DNA of 64,000 nucleotides. Origin: Caecitellus pseudoparvulus (taxonomy: Eukaryota; Protista; Bigyra: Bicosoecida). Each line of letters starts with the position of its first letter. The stretch's first letter is position 1. Location of the stretch: contig CBFFRQ010000086.1 of the NCBI GenBank assembly GCA_965644315.1, positions 59,878-123,877 on the forward strand, written 5' to 3'. Of the stretch, positions 34,250 through 47,400 are shown piece by piece. The translations under genes were made by a program, and so were the position numbers. The notes below the pieces were generated by a model. That model had not been told where the DNA came from. It did not search any database and was given only the letters and a program-made list of their open reading frames with translations.

Positions 34250-37200
34250 TCACCCTTCGCCACGCGCTTTCATGGTCAAGTTGATCACGAACTCCCTGAA
34301 GACCTTCATCGCGCGCTTGTCCTTGTTCAGGTACTGCGTGGGCACACTGAGCAGCAAGCTTCGGGTTCCGTCCAGCTGCGCCTGCATCTCTTCCAAGTGC
34401 GGCAGGTGCACCGCAAGATGCAACGCCAAAGACAAGATAAGAAAGGCGACATTCATGAGGACGTTCGCTTCTTGTGATGATTTGGCGGTTGTCCTCGTTG
34501 CATCGTCAAAGATGTTGTCCAGCGATCTCATGCCGTACCGAATGTACGGATCTTCCATCGTCACCATGTCACGAAGGCGCGTGAACAAGACCATCAAGTC
34601 CTCTTCTCGATTCTCCACTCCAGAACTGGTGCTACTGAGCGTCCTGTTACTGAGGACTGCGCCAATTTCTTCCGCGATTCGGTCGCTGGTGATGTTTCGC
34701 AAGGCAGCTGCGACACCACGACCCCGCTGCAAGTAGCGCTGCAAGACGATTTGCATGCCAAGCTTCATGACGCCTCCGTCAAACGTCGTGCAGTTTGGAG
34801 GGAGTAAATAGTGCTTCTCAATGCCTTCGCAAGAGTTTTCGTAGAAAATTTGGAAGGCCGGACCGTTAACTTTCAAGCCATCGACTTCTTGCAGTCCATC
34901 CTGAGCTGCAGAGCCTTGGAGTAACGTTGTCAGGCGCACCAGACTCATGTCCAGTGCTGTGCCAAGTTGCTCCAGCGCCGCTGCTCGAGCAGGACCACGG
35001 GGCAGAGTTACTGCCAAGCTGGAGGCTTGGTTCACCTTCATCACCTGGCTGGACACTTGCTGTGTCGCGTACAGCCGCCGAATGTCCTGCAACGTAGAGC
35101 GCTGAGAGATGAGCAGGTTCCCCATGGTGCCACCCAACCAAGTAATAGTGAGGGCAACTTGCAGCATAAGGATGCCCAGGTGGACGAGGGAGAAGTGCGA
35201 GGTGTCCACTACATCTCGTTCTCCAATGCGCTGGGCGGACAGGTGCCACTTGGAAATGGTACGATTGGCGGCCACCATGCGCATCGCCCTGCTGTCCGTG
35301 CTGCTCGCAACGCTGTCACCAGAGGTAGGCACGCTCACTTTAGCGACGCCCCCTTCGTCTTTACCAGCCCCGGCCTCCTTGTCGGCTGCTGCGTCCTCGT
35401 CCATGACGGCTTCCGCAGCAGCTGTCGATTCCTTGGCAGTGCTCTCCTTGAACTCCACAAGCCTCGCCTTGGCGAAGCGTTTCAGCTTTGAAAGAGCAGA
35501 CTTGGGCAGAGCTAGCAGCACCGCCAGCGCTTGCTGGCGAGACGTAGAGATTTTGGAGACCATGGCTGAAAGGTACAGCCCCAAGCCCAGGCCCAGGACT
35601 GACGTTGCAACGATTGCTGTCACCAAGATCAGGAGCTGAATGTCAGACATAAACGACGCAGTCTGGAACTGACGAAGAGCAATTGTCGCGTTCAAGCTGT
35701 CCACAAGCACCAGGGGGACGTTGCGCACTGTGTATGTGAAAGAGGGGTTATCCATGTTGAATGCAGAGGCATTCGACTTGACCAGCGAGTCCAAATTGGC
35801 AATGGCGTTCCCCATCGCTGCGTACAATGTCATGGTGCCTCGCGTGTCCCCCACGTCGTACACGTCAACGGTGGACTTCAGCCCGCCTGCTTTCAGCCGC
35901 TCGGCGTGGGTGTCAATCTGTTCCGAGTCGGAGACAACCTCACGCCATCGATCGCGAACAGTGGAAGCTTCCCTGGCCAGCGATGCCTTGATGGCATCCA
36001 CAGTTCCGATCGGAGCACCAAGCGAGTGCAAGTTTAGCATGGCCGCACTCACCGTGGCACCTTGGATGGTGCGCAGCACCTGTCCTGCATGCGTCAGAGA
36101 CTGCACCCGCAGCGCGGTCTGCTCCTTGATGATGTCCAGGCCAACGAGCTGCGTGATACCCAGCAGCACGGCAAACACCAGTGCTGCTCGCAGACCTCCT
36201 TTGATGCCCCTGATTGACGCCTCAGTGTACCCCGTGCGGCGAATAAGAGATAGCAGCACAGTTCGTGGGGCTGTGGCAGAGTTGGAGGATGTGGTGCTTG
36301 ATGCAACTGACCCCCCCCCAGGGCCAAATGTGTTGCCCGCCTCGCTCGCACCATCCCCGAATCCACTGATCGCACTTGCCACCGAACCAGGAGACTTTAC
36401 CATGGCCAGGACTGTAGATTTGGGGCGAGCGTCTGCGGGAAGCGCGCGAGCCCCACGCTTGGCATCCTTGCTGCTGCTCGGGGCGGCTTGAGGCTTGCCA
36501 TCTGCGCGGAGTATGCTCCGCGGTGGGTCTTCCCGTTTCACGAAGCTCTTCGTTTTTTTCTTCAAAGACGGCATGCTCGCATGGCGTGGAAGGGTCTTGT
36601 CCTCAGTGGGCTCCGATGCAGGCAAGAGCTGTCCAGCACTGCGTGAGTGGGCACGAGTGAAGCGACGCTCCAGCCCTGCCTCTTCGCCTTCTTCGGGTTC
36701 AGCACTGCCACCTTGTTCACCAGCCTCCAACGTGCCGACTCCTCCATCCTCCATGATAAGTGGCTCGCTGTCCAGGGGAGGGGGCAGCTCAGTGCCCTCT
36801 TCCACCGGGCTGACGCGCTCCTCAGCTGGCGTGGGGTGTGCAGCGGCCGGGGACACGACCAACTCGTCCAGCGCTGCAGTGTCGATGGAGTCTGCTGCAC
36901 TCATGGCGTCGACTTCAGGCACTCGCATCCCGTCTGGGTTGCTGGCCCCAGTCTCCGCACTCTCGGGGACCGGGTGGGGAACGCGCACCTCGAGCCTGGA
37001 AGCAGCCCTGACCTTCTGAGGCGGCACAGGCTGGGGGCTCGCGAGGGAGTGAAGGCTGCGTGAGCTGCTGTTAGCTGTTGATGTCATGCTGCGGTCGAGC
37101 CGCCTACTGGGCTTCTTGCTGAAGGGCTGCCACATGACCAAAGCCACGGCCCCACTCAGTGAAGCCCCCGCAGCGACCGCGTCAGGCAAGGCGAGCAGCT

Positions 37201-40068
37201 GCACGTGCACGGACATCTTTTCACCCCCAGGGAACACCATTGGTGCAACTGCATCGCCAACAGATGCTTTAAGACGCTTCCAGGAGAAGTCCCGGCGTGG
37301 TTGCTCCAGTGCGGCCTGCACCACTGCCGCCAGTTCAGGCAGAACCTCGTCCAGGTCCACGTCTGCCGGCCCATCTTGAGACGTCTCCACATTCAACATG
37401 CGGTACGCGCTTGCTGACGCGGAGAGCACCGACAGACCATCGCTGGCTAAGCCACAGAGCATGAAGTCATTGTCGATAGTGACATCTTGGAATACGCAGA
37501 CAAAGTTTGCTGTGATTTCATCCTCCTCTGGCGGCGCCTCCTTCAGGGTGAACCGCACCGGCCACAACTGATGGAACGAGTCCTCCACGACTGTAAGGCG
37601 CGTGTTGCGAAGCACGTGCTGGTTTCCTCGTCGAACATGTTCCAGCAGCATGTTTTCCAGCAGCCTGTCCAGAGGCTCCGGCAGGAGCTCGTAGAGGGGC
37701 GTGCCCACCATGTCCACTGGTGATCTGCGGAACAGCGCCGCTGCTCGGCTATTCACGAGCGTGATCTCCCCTAAGTTGGAAGGATCACCAGAAGCATGCA
37801 CGACTGCGGTCGATTCCACGCCCATGGACACTTGTCGCGTCTCGTCCATGAGCACAAACTTTGCGACGTGCCTGCTGAAGCGACCAGCCATGGTCTCCTC
37901 CAAGCGCTCGGCTTTGGCAATCATTTCGGACCCCTTCACCATCTTCCCCAGCACCGTGATCATAAAGGCTCCGTACTGGCGAAGGACGTTCACATTCTGC
38001 CGCTGCATGCGCAGTTGGGTGCTGTAGTTCTCCTCCGCGTCGCCGATGGCCTTGTGCAGCTTGCGCCCCAACTTTGCCAAGGCTGCCAAATCGGGCACTG
38101 GCGCTGCCAGCTCCTCCCACATGCGCACCGCCTGCTGTCGTATGCTGGTCTCTGCCTTGAGCGCCAGGGCTCCGTGCTGCTCCATCATCAGCCTGTCCAC
38201 CTGGGAGGTGATGTTGCCACTGCGGGGGCCACCGCCGTCTTCCTTCGTGCTCTCTCGCAGCTGTCGGTTTCGCTGGTAAACAAAGAACTGCACGTCCAGC
38301 GCATTCGTGGCCTTGCGCGCCATGCTGAGTGCTGTCAGCTCAAGGTACCGAGAGCTGTCGGAGGAGCGGTAGAAGTCCGCAGCTGCCATGTGCACCATGC
38401 CATTGTCAGGGAACCTCGCAATGCACCAGCGGAAGGCGAACTCGGCGGCATCACGCAGCTCCTGAGTGAGCTGGTCCCGTTGGGCCGGGCTGAGAATGGA
38501 GTCCAGTGAGGCACCTTGTCCTGCCATGGCGATGAGAAGCGCGTCAACTGTGGGAGCAGTAGTCACGCGTCCACTTGCGCTCGGTATGCCTCCTGCTGTG
38601 CTTGCTGCGTCATCCCCGCCGCTGGTGCCCCCCGACCCGACACCTACCACATCCCCCATGAGTGCATCTATATTGCTGCGGTTCGTGCGCATCATGGTGT
38701 GCATCATGAACAGTCGGGTTCGCGCCCACAGCATGGCATCAACGGATGCCGTCAAGTCCTGCAGCGGCAGGGCGGCGATGTGGTGCCGCCAGGCCCGCGC
38801 CGCCAGGCCGCCGGCAAAGGTAGCGACTGGGAGCAAAATGCACCAGCTGACTACCAGCAGCGGTTGTGGGGAGTACAGTGCCAGGAGCAGGGCAACGACA
38901 GCGAGGCAGTAGGCCCCACCGAGGCCAGCCTGCAACTCGTTCATGCGCGGGTTGACAAAGGGCTGCACTCGAATGAAAGAGTGCAGCCACAGTGCCCCAG
39001 CCAGGAGGAGCAAGACCACTTTGAACCACAGAGCCTGGCCTCGTAGCGTAGCATAGGCCACCATCAGCGCGATTTTCATGCCCAGCAGCCGCACATCAGC
39101 TCGCCCATCGGTCCGGGCACCAACATCGTCACACAGGAGGTGCCTCTTGATGAACACGCTCTGTGTCGCAAGTGCCAAGAAAACAAAAGGGGGCACTGTC
39201 AGCAGGACGGCGATGCAGCCAACGATGTGAGCTCCGTCCCAGCACCCAGTTGTGGCTCCTTCAAGCCCAGTGCAATCCAGCCACCTCAGGGACAAGGACA
39301 CGCAAGGAACAAACAGCACAAGTGTGGACAGGCGCGCGACTCCACGGTGGAGTTGCAACATCCACTTCACCTGCGGTGCTCCAGTGTGAAACTTTCGCCC
39401 GATGGCGGCTGTGAGCAGCGTGAACATGAGCATCCACATGAGCGCAAAGGAGAACACCACCGTATACAACATCGGTCCGATGAGACTGTTCAAGGACGAC
39501 GCATTGAAAATCGAGAGGACGGAAGTGACAGTTGAGCTGGCGGCTGTGAAAGGAGGGGGCTTGAGAGCGTTTCCGACACCGTAGGTTCTGAGTGTGACTC
39601 CAGCCCTCCGGCTGACACATTGTGGAAGCAGGGTGGGGAGGCCAGCACTCACTCGAGGCAGTCCCTGCTCGTTTCAGCTCTTCTTGAAGACTAGATAGAG
39701 GGAAGAGGCACCTGTGGGGGGGCAGGGGAAGACCCGTCACGTGTGCAGCGGAAGTAGCTGTGCTGCAGGGTGGCCGCAGGTGCGGGCCCAAGCGCTGCAG
39801 GCTGCCTTGACGCACATCTGCACTGCAGCCACCACGAGCATGACGTGTGTGGTCGTTTTTCCTGAGCTAGAGTCCTTGGCAGCGACGTAAAGTGCCTGTG
39901 TGTTCGTGGAGTACGTGAGTGAACGAATGGTGCACTGTTGTTGCAATCTATGCTCTGCAGGAGCCTGGCCGCTGTGACCTGGGCGGCACAAAGCACAGCA
40001 CCTACCCCGAAGATGCCTCCGCGAAGAGCATTGCTCCATTTCTCCAGGGTGCTGAGCCGCATGGACAT
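34250..40068 (-). CDS. TmcB/TmcC-like multi-pass PAS protein (copy 3, divergent paralog), 5' end spliced
   Basis: GCWDGAH, DGRADV, LDVQFFVYQR, NVNVLRQYGAF, PAS GEITLVNSRAAALF..MVG..LYELLPEP and VVDTSHF are collinear with copies 1 and 2. An upstream exon encodes ALYVAAKD. Confidence 0.8.
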
Positions 40069-40544
40069 GCTGCGCTGCAGGGTCTATTTCCGCAGGCACA
40101 GAAGATCAGCTGGTGCCGATACGAGGCACGTGGGGGCACAGCGGGAGACGCTGGAATACCTGCCATGCGCCCTTGCTGATGCGACTTGGACCTCGCCTTG
40201 CCGATGGTTTGTGACTGGTAGCCATAGCTGCGGCGGCGCTGTTGGTGCGCTGGTGCGGAGAGTGACCAGTTGGCTCTCGCCGTAGCCTTGTGAAGAAGGG
40301 GGGGTCAGCCACCGCCGCAGCAGACCCCGTTCACAAAAACTACCCGCCCAATCACCACGCAACGAACGCTCATCCCATCTAGCTGACTTCTTCGTTCAGC
40401 TGGGCAGTTTCTGCTTCCCACACCGCCGTGCAGAGCGAAAGACCCTGCCGCTATTGCACAGCGCCAGCACTTGCGGGAGCGACACGCCACTCCTGGGGGA
40501 CGACATTCAACCGCACCTCCCTCGCTACGACGCCATTGCACAAG

Positions 40545-43500
40545 ATGAGGACCAAGGAGGCAATAGTGCTTGCCTCGGTGGCCGCTTTCTTTGTTGCTGC
40601 CTCAGCCCGTGCGTGCGCCCTGCCCCTGCGCACCTGGTCCTGGTCGAGCTCGCATCACTTCGCTTTCCCTTCGCGAGGACAGGGTGCCAGGAAGGGTGGA
40701 CAGAGGGGCAAGATGAGTTTGGCGGTTGCAAGTGGTGCTACAAGATGATGGGGAAGAACAAGTGGAAGGATGCAGAGGCGGTCTGTGTTCGAGAGGGCGC
40801 CCACTTGGCGTCCATCCATTCTGCCGAGGTGAGCATCAAGAAACGGCCAGCCGTTCCCTGCTACAGGTCCATCGCCATGCCGCAGACTTGCATCTTGCCC
40901 TCACTGCGTCCCGCTTCTCCCTGCACAGGAACGTTCTCTCGTCGCTCGTCTGTGCACCAATGGCCATGGCTGCTTCTACGGGTGCGTTGCGCGCTGAGCT
41001 TGAGCAGAAACGCTCAGTCCCACCACGCCGCAGGCACCAACCCTCTCCGCTTTCGCGCACAGAGCACACGACATGGGGCAGTCTGAGGTGTTCGAGTACA
41101 CCGATGGCTCATATCTGGAACCCAATGGCCCATTTGACGTGCGTGAGCCTGGCACAGCGCCCAGCGCTGGCCCTCGGCACCTTGATCAGTCATCACCACC
41201 CACCTTGCCCTCGTCGCAGCCATACCACCTCTCCCGCCGTACCAGTGGCGCTTCCCGCGACTGCGCCTCCATTGACAGGGAGGGCACAGTATCTGTAGCG
41301 CTCTGTGGCACAGGCCACAAGTCCAGCGTTTGCAAAAAGCCTGCTGAAGATGAGAGCCGGCCCTTCTGCAGGGACTTCAAAGCCAGCCAGACCCGCCCCT
41401 GCCCAAACCACTGGATTCCATCGTCACGAGGACGACCTGCGTGCTACTACAAGATGCCCAGTGGCTCCACATGGACAGAGGGCCTCGCAGAGTGCCAAGA
41501 GCTGGGTGCCAGCCTTGCTGTATTCCCCGATGACGACACACACAAGGCTGTGACTGCCATCTGCGAGCGCACCAGCCCTGCCCGGTGCGCCATCGGCCTG
41601 TCAGACCGTGAGGAGGAAGGCACCTGGGCCTGGGAAGATGGTTCGCCTGTGCAGGAATCCCTCGCCTCCCTTCACGACCGGAGGTCGTGGGACAACTGTG
41701 CTAGGCTGGACGGCTCAGGCGAGGTGACCGCTGTCGGGTGCAATGGAGAAGCCGGCGCCGGAAACCTGCGAGCGGTGTGCCAGATGGGAATGAGTGCGAG
41801 CGGTGGCGGGGTGATTACGGACCTGCGCCCTGTGGACCCCGAAGACGATGACACCGGCCCTGAAGGAGCGCTAGCCTGGGCACATGGCGAGTACGAAGCC
41901 GGGGCAGAAGTGCTCGTCACCGTCACGTACACTGACAGTGACGGCCCGCGCCTGCAGTGGTTCGTCATCGACGCTGTGCTGCCAGGGGGGGGCAAGAACA
42001 CCACGGCGGCCTTCTCTGTTCCCAATGGGCAGGCGGGCACCGTGAACCTTGGTGCCGGCTTCTCCGGGGGCGAGATCATTCAACTGAAGCACTCCTCCAT
42101 GGCGGGGAAGCAGCCAGGCGGCATCGGTGTGAACCCTGCGGCACAGTGGATCAATGGCTCTGCTGCCACCACGCAGCTTCGAGTGCCTGGAGCAGGCTTG
42201 GACGAGATGCAGGTGCTGCCTGCGCCAGTCGTGGAGCCTGCCACCGGTTCGTACTTGACCTCCGAGGTGCAGGTGAACACCACCGTGGATCGCACTGATA
42301 TCCCCGGGTCCAGCCCTGAGATTTGGTACCGCATGGACCGCCGGGCGCCCTCGCCAGACGACGGCGTGAGCATGCTGTACCGTGGCAACATCACCCTGAC
42401 CACCTCCATGGGGCAGAAGCAGCACCTGTCCTTCCGGGCCTTCAAGACTGGTTTCATTGCCAGCAACGTCACCCGTGTGCGATACCTGCTGGGAGAAGAA
42501 GCGTGCCCCACCCGCACCGGCATTGTGTGCTCCACGGGTCCTTGCAGCGACATGTATCACTGGTGCGTCAAGGGCGAGGCGTCGGTGGACCAGCCTGTCC
42601 CTGCCGGCACACTGTGCTACAAGGGAAAGATGGTGCCCCACCACGGCAGGCAGTGCAGCGGCCGCAACACGCCAACTGACTCCCTGACACCGCCTGAACC
42701 GCGCCCCTACATCAACGCTACTGGCGGACCCAACCCTGACATCCCAGGCTCGTGCTCCGCCTACCTCCCCAGCAATGCTTGCGCAGGCAAGCGCAACAGG
42801 TGGTACTGCATGAACGATTGTGAGGCCAACAATACCTGCATGTACCAATGCGTGGGTGGTGGCGTTGCACAGCAGCAGGAGACACCGGCGGGCACTGTGT
42901 GTGCCAAGGGCAAGATTGTGCACGAGAGGGGACCACAGTGTGGCTGGGCGGGCCCCTACCCCAGCGAGGGAGAATGGTTCAACTGTGAGGGTCAGCGCAA
43001 GCGCGGCATTCACTGTGCGGGCTCCACCGGGTGCAGTGCCTTCTACTACAACTGCGGCTGGGGTGGCTTTGCGCCCAAGCAGCCTGTCGCGCCAGGCACA
43101 GTGTGCGCTGTGAATCCTCGAAACGGTCGCAGCCGAATCAAGCACGCCAGCACGTACTCATGCCCCGTGCCTTGCAACGTGGACAACTCCTTCACCTGCG
43201 GGCGCCCCACCAGCACTGGCAGCACCTGCTCTTTCAAGGTGAACTACTGCACCTCTCGCGGAGGTGCTTCGGAGCGTGGTACCTTCGATCTGCGCAAGCG
43301 CTCACTGTCTGGGAACGCCACAACTTCTGCCAGTGCCCTGATGTTGTGTGAGCGCCGCGGTGGGTATGGACTGGACCGCATCGTGCCGGCGTCTGAGGCG
43401 GACTGCGGCAGCCCAGCCCTGCAGCCGTACTCACCGGGCGTCTGTGCCTCTGAGCCCCCCAACCGACGTGGTGCTCGAGTTGTGTGCGAGTCCACCTGCT

Positions 43501-44450
43501 CCACCACCTACAGCGTGTGCGCCGGCACAGTGAGTCTCGGCAACGACCTGCCAGTGCCGGACGGCACACGTTGCAGGAATGGCCGCATGGTGCATGCGCG
43601 CCGCTGCGCCAACGGCGGTGGGGGGGCCAACATGACCGTCATTCGGCGACAGGTGGAGCAGGCTAACTCAACAGCAGCCCGCGCCCTGCTCTCCCGCAGC
43701 GAACCTGTGGCCCGTGTGACGGCCCTGCGCAGCCGGCGGCTGGATGATGAGGAGCCGTGCATGTCCTTGGAGCTCGTCATTCCAGGCGGTGCGGGGGGCC
43801 ACCTGGGCACTGTGGGCGGACAAGCGCTCGTCGCAGACACGGTTGCATCCGTGGTTGCCGTGCCGGGCGCCACAGTTGACTACACTTCCGGCGCCTTTGT
43901 CGTGACAGTTGCCCTGTGCGACGGCCAGCCATGCCAGCCCAGCCCAACCCCCGCACCCACGCCCATCGCCCAGCCTCCTTCGCTGGTTGAGATGGGGGCC
44001 CTGCCGGGCAGTCTCAATGCGCCCCTGGAGCTTCCTGAGGGTGTGCCTGTCGAAGCTGACGTGCAGCTCTCTTTTGACATTTGCGGCGTGCCCGAATCGG
44101 AGCGCAACGCTGTCACGGGCAGGCTTGCCGCATCGGGGGCGCTCAGCTTTGGCGGCTACCCGGTCGCGGTCCCCGCGGGCGGCATCGTGGACCCAGCAAA
44201 CAGCACAGAACCCCAGGGACCAAGTAACTGCGGCTCTTGTGGAAAGACTGACGGCCCAAACGTCCCCCTGGTTGCAGGCCTCTCTGCCCTTGGCCTGGTC
44301 ATTGTTGTGGTCGCTGGCGTGTTCCTGTGGCGCAGAAGCGCCGGACGCACGGAACCGCACGTGGAAGTCGCACGCCGCTCGTCACGTCGGCTCGAGGAAG
44401 GAGACGTCGAGCTCTCTGACCGCCAGCCTGACGACCGCCCAAAAAAGTGA
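40545..44450 (+). CDS. Type I membrane receptor: signal peptide, two C-type lectin domains, Fn3-associated/CHB_HEX_C-like domain, repeated Cys-rich chitin-binding-like modules, single TM
   Basis: Signal peptide MRTKEAIVLASVAAFFVAASA. Lectin motifs CQEGW..WCYK..WKDAEAVC..GAHLASIHS and CPNHW..CYYK..W.EG...C..LGASL..IGLSD..EG.W.WEDGS. Also P..EP.TGSY..IWY..D...PS..S.LY, and TM LVAGLSALGLVIVVVAGVFLWRR. Confidence 0.8.
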
Positions 44451-44480
44451 GATCCGTGCGAAAATGCATTCAGGCTACCC

Positions 44481-47400
44481 TCACCTCGTATGCCGCGTGG
44501 AAAGGCGCGCAGCCAGGTCCTCAAACTCAGCTTGGGACAACGGCAACAAGCAGGGATCGTGCCCAAAGCGAAGAGTTGCCTGGCCTGCTCGTGGCCTGGG
44601 GTGCAGCGGAGCCCGAGGAAGTTGCAGCCCTCGAAGCGGGTCACCTTGCACAGCACGGTCAGACAGACGCACGCCAATGACGGAAGGCTCGGCTGGCGCA
44701 CCCTCTGGAACGAGCCGCACGATAGGTGACTCCCTCGGAGCAGCTGTTCGCTGAGGTCTATGGGGTGCAATGCCAGGGGGCACCCAAGGAGGCTGGCCAG
44801 GACTACTCTTGCGCACCAGGCGCTCCAGTGCGGCAACGTCTGGTCCGGGCATGGCCGCGGTTGCTCTTGACTCCAACTGTGACAGCTTCGCGGCGATGTC
44901 AGCGAAGGGCTTCCTCTCGAACGACGTGACGGGGACATACTTGGCTGGGGGAGGGGAGCGGGTTGGTACTGGTAGCGGGGAAGGTGTTCCAGACCGATCT
45001 GAATCCCTGGACAGTCCACCTGCGGCTGTATTGCTGCTAGGTAGACTGCAGTGTTGCTCCTGCCGGGCCAGCGGTGGGCCACCCATTGAAGGGGCCTGCC
45101 GTGGAGCTTCTAGCCGCGCCTTTCCCGTGCTGGGTTTGGAAGAGTGGGATGCTCGTCGTCGCGATGCGGCGCAGCTCCATCGCTGGAGAACCCTTCGCAA
45201 CCGAGCAGCCGCAATGGCCTGCGAAGCCGCGGTCCGCTGCCGCTGCGCATACGCCAGCTCCACCCACTTTGCAAGAAGGGTGAAACAGCGCGACAAACTT
45301 CGTTGCGCTGCGAATCGCCTCACCTTACTCTCTTCGCGCCAGGCAGCCATATTCTTGGCCAGCACTTGTCTGCGGTGCCACTGCAATGGCTTGACTCGGC
45401 GCCGCGTGATAGTAAGCACGCACCATGCTCGCAACGACTCCTTTGCTGCCCTTCCCAGGCACCTTGCTCTGAGGGCACGGGCTGACTGCCGTCTGAGGGC
45501 CAACGCACTCCACACTCGCAGGCACGTGCGCGCACGAGCTGGTCGCACGATTCGCTCGTGCACCTGTCCAGCAGTGCACAGCAGCGTCTCTGTCACGGAT
45601 CGCCACGCTGCAAAGGTGCTGCTGAGGGTCTGCTGTGCCTTGGTGCGAGAGGCAAGCACCCTGTGCTTCGGAACTCCCTTCCAAGCTAAGAACGCTGCAC
45701 CCAAGCGCTTGCCGCGCAGGAACACGGCAGCGGCATACAGCGCTGCTTGCTCTTTTCTTTGCGCTCGGAGGGACTCGGACACCTGTGCCCAGGCACGAAA
45801 GTGCAGTGCCTGGCTCTCGTACTCTTGCATGCCGGCCGATGGGAAGGAGGCTAGTGCAGCTCGATGCATCTGCAGGCCCCGCTCTACCACACGTCGAAGC
45901 AGCGATCTTTCCCTCGCACGCCTGGCCCAAAGCCCCATTGCATCGGACGCTCGGCGGGTAGCCCACGTAGCCTGCAGTGCTTGTACGTGGCGCTGCTTCG
46001 CGTGCACGTGGGCAGCAGCACTGCCAACAACTTGGTGCCATCCGTGCAGCGCCCGCCGCAGAGAGCCCAGTCTCAACTGTCGACGAAGACGCCGGACAAG
46101 GTTGTACTCCCCAGCCGCCCGCTTCAAGCCACGCAGCACTCTTCTGCATCGAAGCCTGTCTATGTGGTGCGCTTCGGTGCTCCTGCGTGACGCGGCTGAC
46201 CACTGTGCAGCACCTTGCCAGGCAAGAAAGCACCTGCGCTGCCGTGACAAACTCCCTCGCGCCAATGCTCGCTGGTTCAGCTGACATGCGTTGTTGGAAG
46301 CAACTTTCAGCGCGGTGAAACATGCAACCAGAACACTGCGATGGCGCCGGACTGTCGCTGTCGCCACAAGTCGCTCCCGACGCGCATGGTCCTTGAGCCC
46401 CTCGAAGCACAGCCTCAGCAAACGCAGAGCAAAGATTCCCCTGACAAAGCTAACTGCGCTGCCATCAGATTCGGAGTCTGAGTCAGACATGCTGGACCAG
46501 GAGCTCTGAGTGTTTGAACTGTTCCGAGCAAGCGTGGCACGCCTGCGCACCGGATCCGGTGCTGATGCTGGGCGGCTCGCACCAGCCGCATCCGACTGGG
46601 CTGACTCCACAGAGCCTTGGGCTGGCTCAGCACGGCTGCCTGGGGCCCTGAGTGCAGACTGGCCGCCATGGCGGGGCACATCGCGAACGTGCTTTCCGCT
46701 CCGCCCGTGGGCTGCCCGCTCACTGATCCCCCACACAAGATCCGCCTCTTCCCGACCTCCACCGGGCACAAAAAGCTCTGTGGGTTGCCCTCTGAGCAGA
46801 GAATCTTCTGGATGTGTCCCAGCAAGCAGACCAGGAGGTCTCCCAGCTGCGCCCGCTGGCACGCGCTGCACTTGATCGCCCTGGAGCTCGTCGGCGAACG
46901 GGGGCATCGGCATTGAAGGTGTCGGTGACACGGTCCCAGGTGCATCTGCAAGGATCGGGGAAAGCTGTGAGAGGGGCAACTCCGCTGCCCACGACCGAGG
47001 CTCTGCCCGCCGCCGCTCGTCAAGCCCTTCTGGAACCGCTGCACATGCAAGGTGAAGCAAGATCCGGGCGTGCACCTCCCTCCATGCACTTTGCTTCACA
47101 CGTTTTCGGGCAGCTGCTGAGGGTGCTTGGGCGCCTGACAGCCCCAGCGCTACCTGGGGAGGCAGCCGCTCGACGCTGTCCCACAGCCTGGCAGGGTGCA
47201 GAGCCTGCCTAGAAGCGTTCTCCACGCTGCGAGACCCTGCAACTGCGCCGTTCTCTCGTTGCAGGGCGCGAACTTCGTGCTCAGCTTTGGCCCGCCATAC
47301 TGCGAAAAAGAATGCACACGTCAACCCGCACGACGTCCAGCTTGGCAGCATGCGCAGCGAGCCAGAGGTCCACGCAGCACGGAATGCAGAAATCTGCTCT

